Of a stretch of 64,000 nt of DNA, positions 1-13,439 are shown piece by piece. Every line of letters begins with the position of its first letter. Position 1 is the first letter of the stretch. The DNA is from Mobula hypostoma. Taxonomy: Eukaryota. The notes under the pieces were generated by a model. The model was given only the letters and a program-made list of their open reading frames with translations. It did no database searches and was not told the DNA's origin. The stretch lies in contig NC_086097.1 in assembly GCF_963921235.1 (NCBI RefSeq), positions 27,406,001 through 27,470,000 of the forward strand, given 5' to 3'. Made by a program: the position numbers and the translations under genes.

Positions 1-660
1 TCCAATGACGACAGCTCTCCTTTTCTCCGTCCCACCCTTCTGCACCACAGGGTCAGACTCAAGTGCTGGAGGCCCTGCCACCGTGGCTCACACCTGGTCG
101 GTTGTCCCCACCAACAGTATCCAGGACGGTAAACTTATTATTCAGGGGAATGGCTACAGGGGTGCTCTGCACTACCTGTCTGCTCACCTTCGCTTTCCCC
201 CCCTCTGACTGTCACCCAACGACCTGCTTCCGACAGCCTAGGTGTGACTACCTCCCTGTAGCTCTCATCTATGACTGCCTCATTCTTCCTTATGAGTTGA
301 AGGTCATCCAGCTGCTGCTCCAGATTCCTTACACGGTCTTCCAGATCGCCCAGCCGTATGCACTTCTGGCAGATGTGACTCTGCGGGAGAGGGGAGTTCC
401 CCCAAGACTGCCACATCTCACATGAGAGGCACATCACCATCTCAGGAGACATTGTAAAAACTAACTGCGAGCTAGCTTGTCCTCTGCCTCTTCTCGTCGA
501 AGCCTCTCGAGTCAAAGCCTCAAAGCTCCACTCCTTCACTGGCCCACTCACGCACTGGTCGCTTTGCTTGAGCTATCCCTCTATTTATCTGTTTGAGCTT
601 TTCAAAATGTTTGGTCACCTGACCTCGAACATATCCACGCATATGAACCTAAAAAAACAA
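1..660 (-). mobile_element. CR1-clade LINE 5' end: 5'UTR and ORF1 N-terminus (zinc finger/leucine zipper), frameshifted
   Basis: ORF 138..551 contains CLSC-x16-CQKC followed by the heptad LGDLEDRVRNLEQQLDDL and WVTVRGG. The shifted frame continues STPVAIPLNNKFTVLDTV, typical of CR1 ORF1. Confidence 0.8.
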
Positions 661-2820
661 GTTAGCCTGAGCCACAACCTTGACAGACATTGCAGCTTGG
701 CACCATCTTCAGATTCAGATTTATTTAATTATCAAGTGTACAATGGAACATTCAATGAAATTTGTTGTTTGCATTAATAACCAATATGACGGTGTGCTGT
801 GGACAGCCTAGAAGTCTCATCACAAATTCCGGCGCCAACGTAACATGCCTGCCATGCTCAGCAGAACAACACAGATCTCATTACTCTAGTACTTATCTAC
901 CCTGGGAAAGAAAACTTTGCAGTGGGATTTTTCACATCACAAGTAACTGTCCATGTAAGGAAGCCAACAGCTACTGCACCTCCAGAAGAGGAACCTGGTC
1001 AACAGTCCATTTTATGTCTTCTGACTCAGGTATACTGCTTATTGAAATATTCGCTGAAGCAGTGTGATTACAACTGCAGAACTTTTTCAAGGGAGGCCTC
1101 TGTGATTCAGTAAGAGATTCCATTAAATTCATAAAGGGACAGTGCATGTAAAACCACCCTGCAGTACGGTCAACTCTGTTTATTGAACCTTCTATTACGG
1201 AAGAACAATAACAATTTCTTTGGAAGCTGTAGCTTCAGATCCTTGAAGAAATGAGCAATATTTACTCTTGGCTGTCTTCTGGGGGAGAAAAAAAGCTCCC
1301 AGCCAATTCCCAGATGTTCCAAGGATCAGCCCACTTTCCTCCCCTTTGAAATACAAACCAACCTAACACCTAATAAAACTCAAACCATTGAATTAATTCT
1401 TTCATTAAGACACTGAGAACAAGCAGGGGAGTGGAACTAATTAGAGCAACTCGCTCAAGGGATTGGCGTTGACTCAATAGGCCAAATGGCCTCCTGTGGT
1501 ATAAAGTATTATAAAAATGATCTCTGAATTTACCTCACCAATGGCCCTTGCATTTTATTTGTCTTTTTGCACTGTATTTTTTCTGCGACTGTAGCACTCT
1601 ATTCTGCATTCTGTTTTTCTTTTTACTTCTTTGATGTACTGTGTTGGATGACATGAAAACAGAAGCTTTTTGCTATATCTCAATATATCTAAGCATCAAC
1701 TTTGTTTGCCATACACATTTACATGTGTTAGGAACTTACTGCGGTGCGTTGGTCAGGACACAACATGAAACAGAAAACAACAACGTTCAACAATTATAAA
1801 GAATAAAGAATGATAAAGACATTACAGATTACAGTACGGGTATGAATTAAAATGTGCATAAATATGTAAATACCAATGCATTTACAATTCTAACAGCATT
1901 ATAAAAAGTGGTGTACAGTGTTTCCAGTGCAGTAGTGACTGAGGTAGTACGGGGACTGGGGGTGGCTAACCAGAATGGTTGATCAGATTTACTGCCTGGG
2001 GTTTCCAACCATCAGATTTTTGAATGGTCATAGAATGTTACATCACTATTTTGCTCTCTTCTTGCACTGCCTATTTATTTTTTATATCTATTATTATAAC
2101 TTGTAATTTTTTATATATTGCACTGTATTATTGCCATAAAACAACAAATTTCACGACTTGTTAGTGATAATAAACCTGATACTAACATCTCTAGTTATTA
2201 TGCTTAATTTCAAAAGAAAAAGGCTGGTAGATCACTCAATCAGTGTTAGAACATAGCACAGTATAGGCCCTTCAGCTCTTGATGTTGTGCTGACCTTTTA
2301 ACCTACTCTAAGACTAAGCTAACTCTTCGTTCCTGCATTACCCTCCATCTATCTATCATTCATGTGCCTATATAAGCATTTCTTAAATGTCCGTAATGAA
2401 TCTGCCTCTACCACCACCCCTAGCAGGGTGATTCACATAGCTACCACTCTCTGTATAAAGTTTACCTCTCATATTTCTCCTATGCTTTCCTCCAATCACA
2501 TTAACATTATGATCCCTGGTAGTAGCCATTTCTGCCAAAGGTAAATGCCTCTTGCTATTGACTTGATCTATGTCTCTTCTACACTCTATCAAGTTGCCTC
2601 GCATCCTCCTTCACTCCAATGAGAAAAGCCCTACCTCAACTAAAAGCCCTACCTCACTCCTCTCCCTTCCATTTATCTCAACCATGGTTCCCCTCTCCTT
2701 GGCCCCTTCCCAGACTCAGTCTACAATAGAGAGTCATCTGAGTATCAGGGTTATCATCACTCACATGTAATGAAATTTATTTTTTGTGGCAGCAGAAAAG
2801 TGAAATACATAAAATTACTA

Positions 2821-2887
2821 CAGTACAATGCAGAAGTCTTAGGCGGCCTAGCTATATATATGTACCTCAGGCTTTTGCATAGTACTG
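2821..2887. mobile_element. 67-bp Tc1/mariner-type hairpin MITE
   Basis: Left end CAGTACAATGCAGAAGTCTTAGG versus reverse complement of right end CAGTACTATGCAAAAGCCTGAGG (19/23 identical); TA on both flanks. Confidence 0.7.
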
Positions 2888-3808
2888 TATTTATAAATAT
2901 AAAAATTAAATACAGTAAATATTACAAAAAGAATGCAAAAATAGTGCGATATTATTCATGGATTCATTGTTCATTCAGAAATCTGATGGTGGAAGGGAAG
3001 AAACTGTTCCTAAAAGGATGAGGATATGTCTTCTTTAGGCTCTTGTATTTACTGTCCACGTCATATTCACTTAATATTGTCACTGGAAGCGACAATGTGC
3101 ACAGTGTGCTTTGCTGCACAAAATCAAATAATATTGAAAGTAAATGGGAGTCACTGATTTAATTAAACTAAGCCTGCATGAAATCTGATAATGAGCCACT
3201 ATCTGACAGTCTCCTCACTGTCTCAGGGCAGTATTACAAGATTTTTTTTTGTATAAAGGGCCTGATTATGCAATTCTTGACTTAGACACCAACCATTTTT
3301 AGTGATTTGTTTTTGGTACATGAAGATAATTTAAGAACACTTGGATACAAATCTTTATCTCTGCATCTCTGATGTTCTCAACTGCACATTTGATAACATA
3401 TGTGTGTGAAAAGGAGTGTTTGATGTCTCTGGGCCTGTGCGCTATGGATTTTAGACGGAAGGGGGTGGGGAGCATCTTACAGAAACCCACCAAATACTGA
3501 AAGGCCTGTATAGAGTGGACATGAAGAGAATGGTTCCATCAGTGGCTGAGTCTAGGACCAGAGGGTACATACAGCCTCAGAATTCAATAAAGTCCTTTAT
3601 AACGGAGATGAAGAAGAATTTCTTCAGCCAGAGGTTGGTGAATCAGGTTAATAGCCTTGTTTTGATGTTGTTATTGTTGCTGCTTGTGTTGTGCTGCTGC
3701 ACATTGTGGGCATGCTGTATTGGCATCAGAATGTGTGGTGACACCTGTGAGCTGCCTCCAACACATCCTTGGGTGTCTTAGATGGTAACACAAACAACAC
3801 ATTTCACT

Positions 3809-3901
3809 GATGAAGGGTCTCAGCCTGAAACATCATCTGTTTATTCATTTTCATAGATGCTGCCTGACCCGCTGAGTTCCTCCAGCATTTTGTGTGTGTT
3901 G
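3809..3901 (+). mobile_element. Short Penelope-like terminal fragment with truncated hammerhead motif
   Basis: Flanked by a 14-bp direct repeat caacacatttcact (3795-3808, 3902-3915). Starts within ctgatgaagggtctcagcctgaaacatc. Confidence 0.75.
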
Positions 3902-4217
3902 CAACACATTTCACTATATCTTTTGATGGACATATGAAAAGATTCAAGATTGTTTATTGTAATTCTTCAGTATATAAGTGTAAAAGAAGAATGAAATGAC
4001 TGTTCCTTTGGATCCCATGCAGCATAAAAAATGCAATCAGCATAAAGAACAAAATAAAAAATCACAACAAATACCTAAAGTTAGCTTATATACACTGTCT
4101 GATTGCATGCACATAAACATTTATCTGTACATAAGGTGATTCTGGCAGGAAATGAAAAAGTAGTTGTGGTGGGGGTGGGGTGGGTGGGTTAGTGGGTGGA
4201 GGTGTTGATCAGTCTAA

Positions 4218-4748
4218 GCACAAACAAGAGAAAATCTGCAGATGCTAGATATCCAAGCAACATGTCAGTCCATGGTCTCCCCCACTGTTGCGATGAGGCC
4301 ACATTCAGGTTGGAGAAGCACCATATATTCTGTCTGGGTAGCCTCCAGCCTAAAGGCAGGAACACAGATTTCTTGAACTTCTGGTAATGATCCTCCAAGC
4401 CCCTCACCATTCCCCATTCCCATTTCCTTCTCTCACTTTATCACCTCCCTTTGGGGCACCTCCTCCTCTTCTTTCTTCCTTGGCCTTCTGTCCTCTTGTA
4501 TCAGATTCCCCCTTCTCCAGCCCTATATTTCTTTCACAAATCAACTTCCCAGCTCTTTACTTCACCCCTCCTCCCCTCCTGGTTTTACCCATCACCTTGT
4601 GTTTCTTCCTCTCCTCTCCCCACGTCCTTACTCTGACTCATCTTTTTTCCCAGTCCTGATGAAGGGTCTCAGCACAAAACGTCGACTGTACTCTTTTCCA
4701 TAGATGCTGCCTGGCCTGCTGAGTTCCGCCAGCGTCTTCTGTGTGTTG
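4218..4748 (+). mobile_element. Penelope-like element 3' fragment (GIY-YIG C-terminus plus pLTR with degenerate hammerhead at 4651-4688)
   Basis: Encodes MSVHGLPHCCDEATFRLEKHHIFCLGSLQPKGRN and has an inverted terminal piece at its left end. gttgatcag is duplicated at 4204-4212 and 4750-4758. Confidence 0.8.
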
Positions 4749-4902
4749 AGTTGATCAGGCTGATGGCTTGGGGGACGTAACTGTTGTCGAGTCTGGTGGT
4801 CCTGGCCTGATGCAAATAAATGTGAATCTCAATCTGACTGCAGTTGATCCCAGCCCAGTGAAGAAGCCATGCTCTGGAATCGATCAAGGATCAAAACATT
4901 GG

Positions 4903-5100
4903 CTGGCACAGTGGCGCAGATGGTAGAGATGCTTTCTCAAACCTCCAGTGATCCAGGCTCTGTCCTGACCTTGGATGCCATCTATGTGGAGTTGCCATGC
5001 CCTCCCTGTGACCACATGGGTTTCTTCTGGGTTGTCCAGTTTCCTCCGATATCCCATGTGTGCATGATAGGATAACTGGCTATTTTAAATTTCCTCTAGT
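4903..5100 (+). repeat. tRNA-derived V-SINE (decayed)
   Basis: tRNA-like head followed by the V-domain-like segment tgtggagttgccatg...gggtttcttctgggttgtccagtttcctcc. Confidence 0.6.
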
Positions 5101-7510
5101 GTGACAGAATCTGGGGAGAGTGTGGGCAGAGTAAAATGGGTTGAGATATAATTAGTGACAAAGTGTGAGATTGCTGGCCTTCATGGACTGAAGTATTCAT
5201 TTCCATGTTGTATCTCTCTATGACTTTATGCCAAACTGACAGAAATATGAATAATTTATCTATCTTAATATCAGATGGAGAATTTTGTATCTTTGTAAAA
5301 AACTTGAGTTTTATAGGATTGCTTTTATATTTATACTGTTGTGTTATTTTGTGTTTTTATTGTGTTCATTATGCTTATGGTATTGCATCAGACCTGGATA
5401 ACAATCATTTTGTTCTCCTTTATACCCATGTACGGAAGAATGACAATAAACAATCTTGAATCTTGAGTATTTCTCCAAATATAATGAATGTAAAGGGAGA
5501 TGGCTTTTACTTATGGCTTCTTCAACAGTTTCTCCCACTCGTAAATCAACCTCTTTCAGTCCTATCTTGCTGTTGAAATTTGTAAGTGGTTAGTTACTCA
5601 TAACGATTGTACAGTAGTGTATGGCAACAATCATGTTCTATAATGGTTGATCGAGCCCTTCTGCTACTTGCCGTGACTTTGGATTTAGTTCCTGAAAAGT
5701 CACCTTGAAAGCCACCAGTTTGGTATCCTTTAAAAAACCTTTAATTTCACATGATATGGCACTAATATGACTCTAGCCTGTCAAATTATATGGAATTACA
5801 GTAGCTGCTCGATGAGAGTGTTCAGATGATTCAGGTTCCTCCTTACTTCTCTCTAGCCTATTGAATTATTATTCTCTTCTTTGCTCCCCATGCTTGCATT
5901 TAGTCCCCTTTAAATGTAATGTCTAGTGCCCAATAACAGTGATCGTGTTCAATTCTGGTCACTCCATTGTAGGAAGGATGTGGAAGCTGTAGAAAGGGTA
6001 CATAGGACATTTACCAGATTAGAATCTGACCTGATTCTGAACATGGCCAGAGGACATTTGCAGTGCTCAACAGGTAGCAATCAGGAGTCTGTGTGAGCAA
6101 GAGGCACAAGGAAGCATGTGAGCCAGCCAGTCAGTGTGCCCAGTGTTTGAGCCTAGATTCTAGGATCCTGTAATCAGCTGGTTTAGGGGCTGTTACAGAA
6201 GACTGGAACCCAAAGGTGAACCAGAAGTCCACAAGTCAAAGCCCAAAGGCTGGAGTCTGGAGGGTCACCCTGGAATTGGAGGACTGTTCTGTGTTCGTGG
6301 ACATGACGGAAGGTGTCAGGGAGGAAAACGGCTTGTTTTTGCTGTTGTTATTTTGATGATTGTTGTGTTGCTTGTTGCCTTCTTCTGAAGACTGTGTGCA
6401 TTCTATGTTGGTGACAAAATATGTGGTGACAATTGTGGGCTGCCTCCAGTGTATCCTTAGGTTGTGGTGGTTGTTAACGCAAACAATGTTTCGATGTACA
6501 TGTGATAAATAAATCTGAAACTGAATCCAAATCTGCTCGAGAAGCCAGCATTGCTGGAAAGGCATCTTCACTTTCCCTGGCATGGTGTCAGTAGTGTACC
6601 TTCTCTTGAAGTCCTAATGGTTTGGTATATTCACTGGGCTTGCTAAATGACTTTAAAAGTCTTTTAACCATCAACCAGGCTGGACTGGAGACACAGAAGG
6701 TCATAACTGGGAAAGGATAAGAATGCAGTTTTTTTTTCCCTGAAGGATATCCATTTTAATTTACTGAACTTCTACAACTATCTGACAGTTTTGTGGTCAC
6801 TGTCCTAGGTGATGCTTCATTATTTCATGATATTAAACAAAAATTCAAATCGTTGGGGTGGAGATAATTGGATTAGACATGCAGATATAATTGAATTTCT
6901 ATTTCAGGTCTCCTTATGTCATAAATCCACTAAAAATACTTTGGTGCACATTTATAATACTAATTGCCTATGTAAACATGTCATTCTGCCATTACAACAT
7001 CTCACCACTGGTAGTGCTACAGTCCTGTCTCCGTTGTAAAAGGAAAGCAAGAATTTGTGATGAAAAAAATTGATGGAACAGTTGAGGAGACTGCTAATGT
7101 CACCCAAAAAATAGGATGGGAAAAGATTAGAGCCACAGAGAAGCCATTAACTGTTAAAGAAGCCTTAAATAAAAGCCATCTCCCTTCACATTTGCATGTG
7201 AAGGATCCCTAGTCAGCTTGTAGTCCATGCCACTGGACCGACCCCGATCAGTCAAGAACTGTACGTAGTGGTTGCCCACGCATCGGCCTCCCCGTATTAA
7301 ACAAAATTATGCACAAGTGCTCTCCATTAAGGGAATCCAGCCTAACATCCCGGAGACAACCCCTTTGGAGAACATCATACATGACCTGAGTGATCGCACT
7401 ACAACTGCTATCATTGCATATTGTTCAAATATAACCATCAAGCACACTTGCAGTTTGGTTTACATCAGAGGCATTGAGATGGAAACACACAGGTGGATAA
7501 ATTCACCTAC

Positions 7511-7713
7511 CAGTCTTTGCATTGTCTTGACATGGGTGGGACTGATGGACAGAGCCTCTTCATAACACCGTTTGGCTTCGTCGATATTCCCTCTGAGTTC
7601 TGCCACTTGACCACGCATAAACAGCACATTGTGTGATGTGGGGAAGAGATTAGCTGCCTCCTGGATGCATGCTGTGGCTTCAGCAGGTTTTCCCACTCCA
7701 ACGTATACTTCAG
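7511..7713 (-). CDS. TTC7B: Tetratricopeptide repeat protein 7B, penultimate coding exon (203 nt, phase 1 in / phase 0 out)
   Basis: Translates (A)EVYVGVGKPAEATACIQEAANLFPTSHNVLFMRGQVAELRGNIDEAKRCYEEALSISPTHVKTMQRL, which I recognise as the C-terminal TPR region of vertebrate TTC7B. Acceptor tttattctgtctttcag ends at 7714; donor GTAGGT starts at 7510. Confidence 0.95.
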
Positions 7714-8329
7714 CTGAAAGACAGAATAAATTGGAACTTAAGAGTGTATTTTTATGGCTTACTCACGCTTCCACTGATGGAGACAAAAGAGCTTGTCAAA
7801 GTTCAAAGTATAATTTTTATCAAAATATGTATGTGTCATCGTATACAACCCTGAGATTAATTTTCTTGCAGGCATTCACAGTAGAACAAAGAAATACAAT
7901 AGAATCAGTGAAAAACTACACACAAAGACTGACAAACAACCAGTGTGCAAAAGAAAACAATCTGTGCAGATAGAAAGAAAAGCAAATAACAATACTGAAC
8001 AAGTAAATAAATAACTAATGCTGGGGAAAACTGAGAAGACAAACTGTGCAGATAAAAATAATACTGAGAAGATGAGTTGTAGGGCACTTGAAAGTGAGTC
8101 CATAGATTGTGGAATCAGTTCAGTGTTGAAGTGAGTGAATTATCCATGCTGGTTCAGAAACCTGATGGTTGTAGTGTAGTAACTTTTCCCAGACTTGGTG
8201 GTGTGGGACTTAAGGCTCCAGTACCTCCTTCTTAATGGCAGTAGCAAGAAGAGAGCATGGTCTGGGTGCTTGATAATGGATGCTGCATTCTTGTGGCAGC
8301 GCTCCTTGTATATGCTCAGTAGTGCAAGT

Positions 8330-9030
8330 ATATGATTTCAGAATTAGAATCATTTTACCTGATGGTAAGAATGAGAAGATGGCATGACCTGATTGGTGGG
8401 GGGTCCTTCATGATGGACACTGCCTTCCTGAGGCAACACTCCTTGAAGATATCTTGGATGCTACAGAGGCTAGTGCCCATGATGGAGCTGACTAATTTTA
8501 CAACTTACTGCAACTTCCTTTGATCCTGTGCAGTAGCCCTTCAACACCCTCCCCCCCCACCACCCCACCATACCAGACGGTGATGCAGCCAGTCAGAATG
8601 CTCTCCACGGTACATCTGTAGAAGTTTCCGAGTATTTTACGTGACAAACCAAACTTCCTCAGACTTCTAATGAAATATAGCTGCTGTCTTGCCTTCACTA
8701 TAGCTGCATCAATATGTTGCGTCCAGGTTAGGTTCTCAGAGATTATTGACACCCAGGAACTTGAAATTGCTCACTCTCTCCACTTCTGATCCCTCAATGA
8801 GGATTGTTTTTGTGTTCCCTCGTTATACCCTTTCTGAAGTTCACAATCAGCTCTTTAGTCTTACTAACATTGAATGCAAGATTGTTGCTATGCCACCACT
8901 TAACTAGCTTATATATCCCGCTCCTATATGCCTTCTTGTCACCATCTGAGTTTCTGCTAGCAATGGTTGTTTCATCAGCAAATTTATAGATGGCGTTTGA
9001 GCTCTGCCTAGCCACACAGTCATGGGTGTA
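8330..9030 (-). mobile_element. Rex1/Babar-like LINE 3' RT fragment
   Basis: Minus-strand ORFs contain YKFADETT and LTWTQHIDAAIVKARQQLYFIRSLRKFG...FYRCTVESILTGCITVWYG. Confidence 0.8.
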
Positions 9031-12000
9031 GAGACGGATAACTGACTATGTCCATAAGCAAATCATATTAATAATTGGATGAGAATGTACAGAGCATGAT
9101 TAATAAGTTTGCAGATGAACACTAAAATAGGTGACATCGTTGACAATGGAGATGGTTATAAACACAAGAGATTCTGAAGATGCTGGAAATCCTGAGCAAC
9201 ACACACAAAATGGTGGAAAAACTCAACGTCAAGCAACATTTATGGAGAGGATCAAACAGCTGACGTTTTGGGCTGAGACCCTTCATTAGTACTGGAAAGG
9301 AAAGTGTGGAAAGAACTGCCAGCAGGTAGGTTCAATTATAACGTTTAAGAGAAGTTTGGTCAGGTACATGGTTGAGGGAGGTATGGAGGATCATGGTTTG
9401 GGTGTAGGCAGGTGGGACTAGCAGAAGACCAGGTTGGTACAGACTCGTTAGGCCAAAAGGCCTGTATCTGTACTATAGTACTTTCTGACTCTACCTGCAG
9501 TCTTTTGGTATTGGAATTGGTTTATTATTGTCACATGTACCAAGATACAGTGAAAAGTTTGTCTTGCACACTGTTCATACAGATCAAAACATTACACATT
9601 GCACTGAGACAGAACAAGGTAAAGCAATAACAATGCAGAATAAAGTGTTTTGTGTCTGCATCCCTAATATCCTGCATATTATATTTTAAATTGCATTTCT
9701 CCAAAATGTTCTTGCTTTCAATACATTCTTCAAGCTTACACTCTTCTCAAGTAAACTAATCAAAAATAAAATTAAGTGGCGGAATTGAGAGCATAAAGAG
9801 TTAAAAACAATGGCTGATCATCTGGCCTTCACTCAACTAGTTAGTGAAGCAGGGTCACTATTTTCTATTATCAAATTAAAAAGTGGCGCGTGCTGGGTAA
9901 CTTAATCAGGTACCTCGACTAACATTACGGGTGCACATTGTTTTTCTTCAGGGCAGGGTGTCATTATTCCATGAGTAAATATCAACAGTTTTATCCTGCT
10001 ACAGCTTAGTTTAATTTTTCACCTTTCTGATGTTACATGCAATTGTTATTTTCTATGTGCATGAATGCAGTATAATGCATGTTTAACGACTTCTCGCTTG
10101 GAAGAACAAATTATGTTACCAAGATGCTTGGGAGAGAAAAGCTTGCTTTTATTTAGCACTCTTGATGACCTCAGGATATCTGAAAGCAGTTTAGCTACCT
10201 AATCATTTGCAATTGGAATTTAGTCACTATTGAAATTTAGGAAATTCAGCCAGTAAATTCTCCCAAAATGTAGTGACTAAAGCAGTAGATGCAGAGAGAA
10301 CATTGAAAATTGAATAAAGTTATGCCCCCTTGAGAGGGCATAATTTTAAGGTGATTGGAGGAAAGTTCAACAGCTGGTCCAACACTATTTGCCTTTATTA
10401 ACCTGGTGTGCACTGGGTCCATGCTCTTTATTCGCTGTTGCTGCCATGATTTAGAAGGTACACGAGCCTCAGGTCTCACACCACCAGGTTCAAGAACAGT
10501 TACTATCCCATAACCATCAGGCTGTTGAACAAAAGGGGATAACCATACTCACTTGCTCATCCACTCAGATGTTCCCACAAGCAATGATTTCACTATAAGA
10601 ACTCTTTATCTTGTTATTTCATGTTCTCGTCATTTATAGCTATTTATTTATATTTGCATTTACATAGTTTGTTGTCTTCTGTACTTGGGTTGATCTTTCA
10701 TCGATCCTGTTATAGTTACTATTCTATAGATTTGCTGAGTATGTCTGCAGGAAAATGAATTTCAGGGTTTTATGTGGTGACATACGTGTACTCTGATAAT
10801 AAAATTTACTTTGAACTTTGAAGTATAGGGGGAAATGTCAGCGGTACGGTAATTTACACAGAAATTGGTGTGTGCGTGGAGAACCCTGCCAGTGGTGGTG
10901 GAGGCAGATACATTAGGGATATTTAAGAGACTCTTCGATGGGCACATGGATGAAATTAAAATGGAGGACTGTGTAGAAGGGAATGATTAGATTGATCTTA
11001 GAGTAGGCAAAAAGGTCAGCACAACATCATGGCCCAAAGGGTTTGTACTCTACTATGTTCTTAATATAATGTTCCAGTTCCAGAAAAAATGCAGGTAAAC
11101 AAATAAAGTGGACAAGCTACAACAAAGTAGATTGGGAAATCAAGAGTTCATCTTTTAGTATATGACTGGTCCTCCAAGACACTGATAACAGCTGGACAGA
11201 AGCTGTCGTTGAGCTTGGTAGCCAAGCTCTAAGCATTGCTGTTCAACGTGAAAACAAAGATTTAAAGAAAAATGTTTTGAAATGAGTACAAATTCTGATG
11301 TTGCAATGGAAAAGTTTCACAAATAATACTGGGAATTAGACAGCAAACCCACTTGGTATGGGACCTGGCACTACTTCAAGCTTGAACAGGACAAAGTGTC
11401 TATTGAGGAAAGGTTGAGCAACCTAGGGCTTTTCTCTTTGGAGTGACTTGAAAGAGGTGTATAGGATGATAAAATGCATAGATAAAGCGGACAGCCAGAG
11501 ACTTTATCCCAGGGCAGAAGTGGCTTATATGAGCGGGCATTATTTTAAGGTGATTGGAGGAAAGTTTAAGGGAGGATATCAGAGGTAGTTATCTTTACAC
11601 AGAGAGTAGTGGGTGCGTGGAACGTGCTGCCAAGAGTGGTTGTAGAGGCAAATATGTTAGGGACATTTAAGAGACTCTTAGATTGGCACATGGATGCTGG
11701 AAAAAATGAAGGACAATGTGGGAGGGAAGGGTTAGATTGATGTTAAAGCAGGTTGAAGCGTTGGCACAACATCATGGGCCGAAGGGCCTGTATGATGCTC
11801 TAAATTGGTCTTTGCTTCTGCTTTCACAGTCTTGACAAAGTGGACCTTTAACCGAGGGTGGCAAGGGCCAATAAAAGAAGACATCTGTTTAAGGTGAGTG
11901 GAGGAAAATTTAGGGGAGACATCAGAGGTATGTTTGTTACACTGAGTGGTGGGTGCATGGAATGCATTGCTGAAGGTGGTGGTAGTGGCGGATACAAAGG

Positions 12001-12629
12001 GACCATTTAAAAGCCTCTTAGTTAAGCACATGGATGAAAGAAAAACAGAGGCCTAAGAACTATGTAGGAAGGAAGGGCTAGATTGATCTTGGAATCAGTT
12101 AAGTGGTCCGTAGGTCTCATAGTGTGCTGTCCTGTAGTGTATGATCTATGGAATAAGTTTATACAGTACAGTGTTGTATGTTCTATGTTCTAAGAGTATC
12201 CCAGTAGGACTCAGTATGAGTTTGTACAGTCTCAATAGTTCCCATTGGCACAAGTCTGTTCACTTACCATTCAGTGAGATTAAAAGAAGTGTACTTTTGG
12301 AAATTGTGCAACTATAATGATAGGATAGGATGGGGTGGGGTGAATTCACAGACAAGGTCCACAGTTGACAATGCGGCCCTGGGAGATTTGTAAAATAGAA
12401 CATAGAACAGTACAGTTCAAAGTAAATTTATTATCAAAGTAAATATATGTTACCATATACCACCCTGAGATTTATTTTCTTACTGCCACACTCAATACAT
12501 CCAAAAATCATAATAGAATCAATGAAAGACTGCACCATGGCGGACAACCATTGTGCAAAAGATAACAAACTATACAAATACAAAAAGAAAGAGAAAAGGA
12601 AATAATAATCATAATAAAAAGCAAATTAG

Positions 12630-13395
12630 ATGTTGATCAGGAAGTGCTCAGAGTTGGAAACTTTTTCCTAGCGACAGGACCAGGTGGTTAGCACAAAAAA
12701 AGTTATCGAAAATAAATAATAAAAGACCAACAAATTCATGATGATAAATGCAGAAAATGCCAAGAGAAACCAGAAACAATCCAGCACTTCACAGGATCCT
12801 GCAGCAGTTTAACTCAATCTGATTACTTACACAGGCAGAATTAAGTGGCAAACATGATTAATCAAAATCTTGCTTTAAAATGCAAACTCATAAAAGACAC
12901 CTTAACGATAAATACAAGCCTGATCCAGTTTTAAAGTCAGAGTCCTACAAATTATATTACAACCGATCCATTATTACGATTAGGACAATCTATAATAACT
13001 GTCCAGATATAATATTACAGGATAAACAAGTAAGAACAACTTACTTAATAGATATAACTATCCCAAAGAAACATAACATACAGAAATCAATAAGTGAAAA
13101 ACACCAGAAATAAGCTGAATTAAAAGAGAAAATTAAAACACTATGTAATATGAACAGGGTGTACATTGTCCCAATAGTAATATCTACAACTGGCTATCAT
13201 CTCAAAGTCACTACAAAATAACGTTAAACAATTAGGCCTACACAGCAATATTTATGTAAGTCTTCAGCAAGCCACAATGTTAAACACCACCAGAATAGTC
13301 TGAAAGTTCCAGGCAATTGAGGAATGAGTGTGCCTGGCTATGCCCGTACCTTAAGTCTTACCAGCTTGAGCTGAGAAAAAAATATAATAATAAAT
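12630..13395 (+). mobile_element. R4/Dong-like non-LTR element 3' fragment (CCHC knuckle plus restriction-like endonuclease)
   Basis: Reads KCRKCQEKPETIQHFTGSC...DYLHRQN, then NNCPDIILQDKQVRTTYLIDITIP (PD..D motif). Ends in a TAA-rich tail and sits in a TAA-rich tract of another element. Confidence 0.75.
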
Positions 13396-13439
13396 AAACA
13401 ATCAAATAAATAAACAAGTAATATCAAGAATATGAGATG

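Noticed and set aside
7195..7395. Possible HDV-like ribozyme in a CpG-containing repeat-like segment
   Set aside because: I could not build the P1/P2/P3 nested pseudoknot pairings, so the segment is left unassigned.
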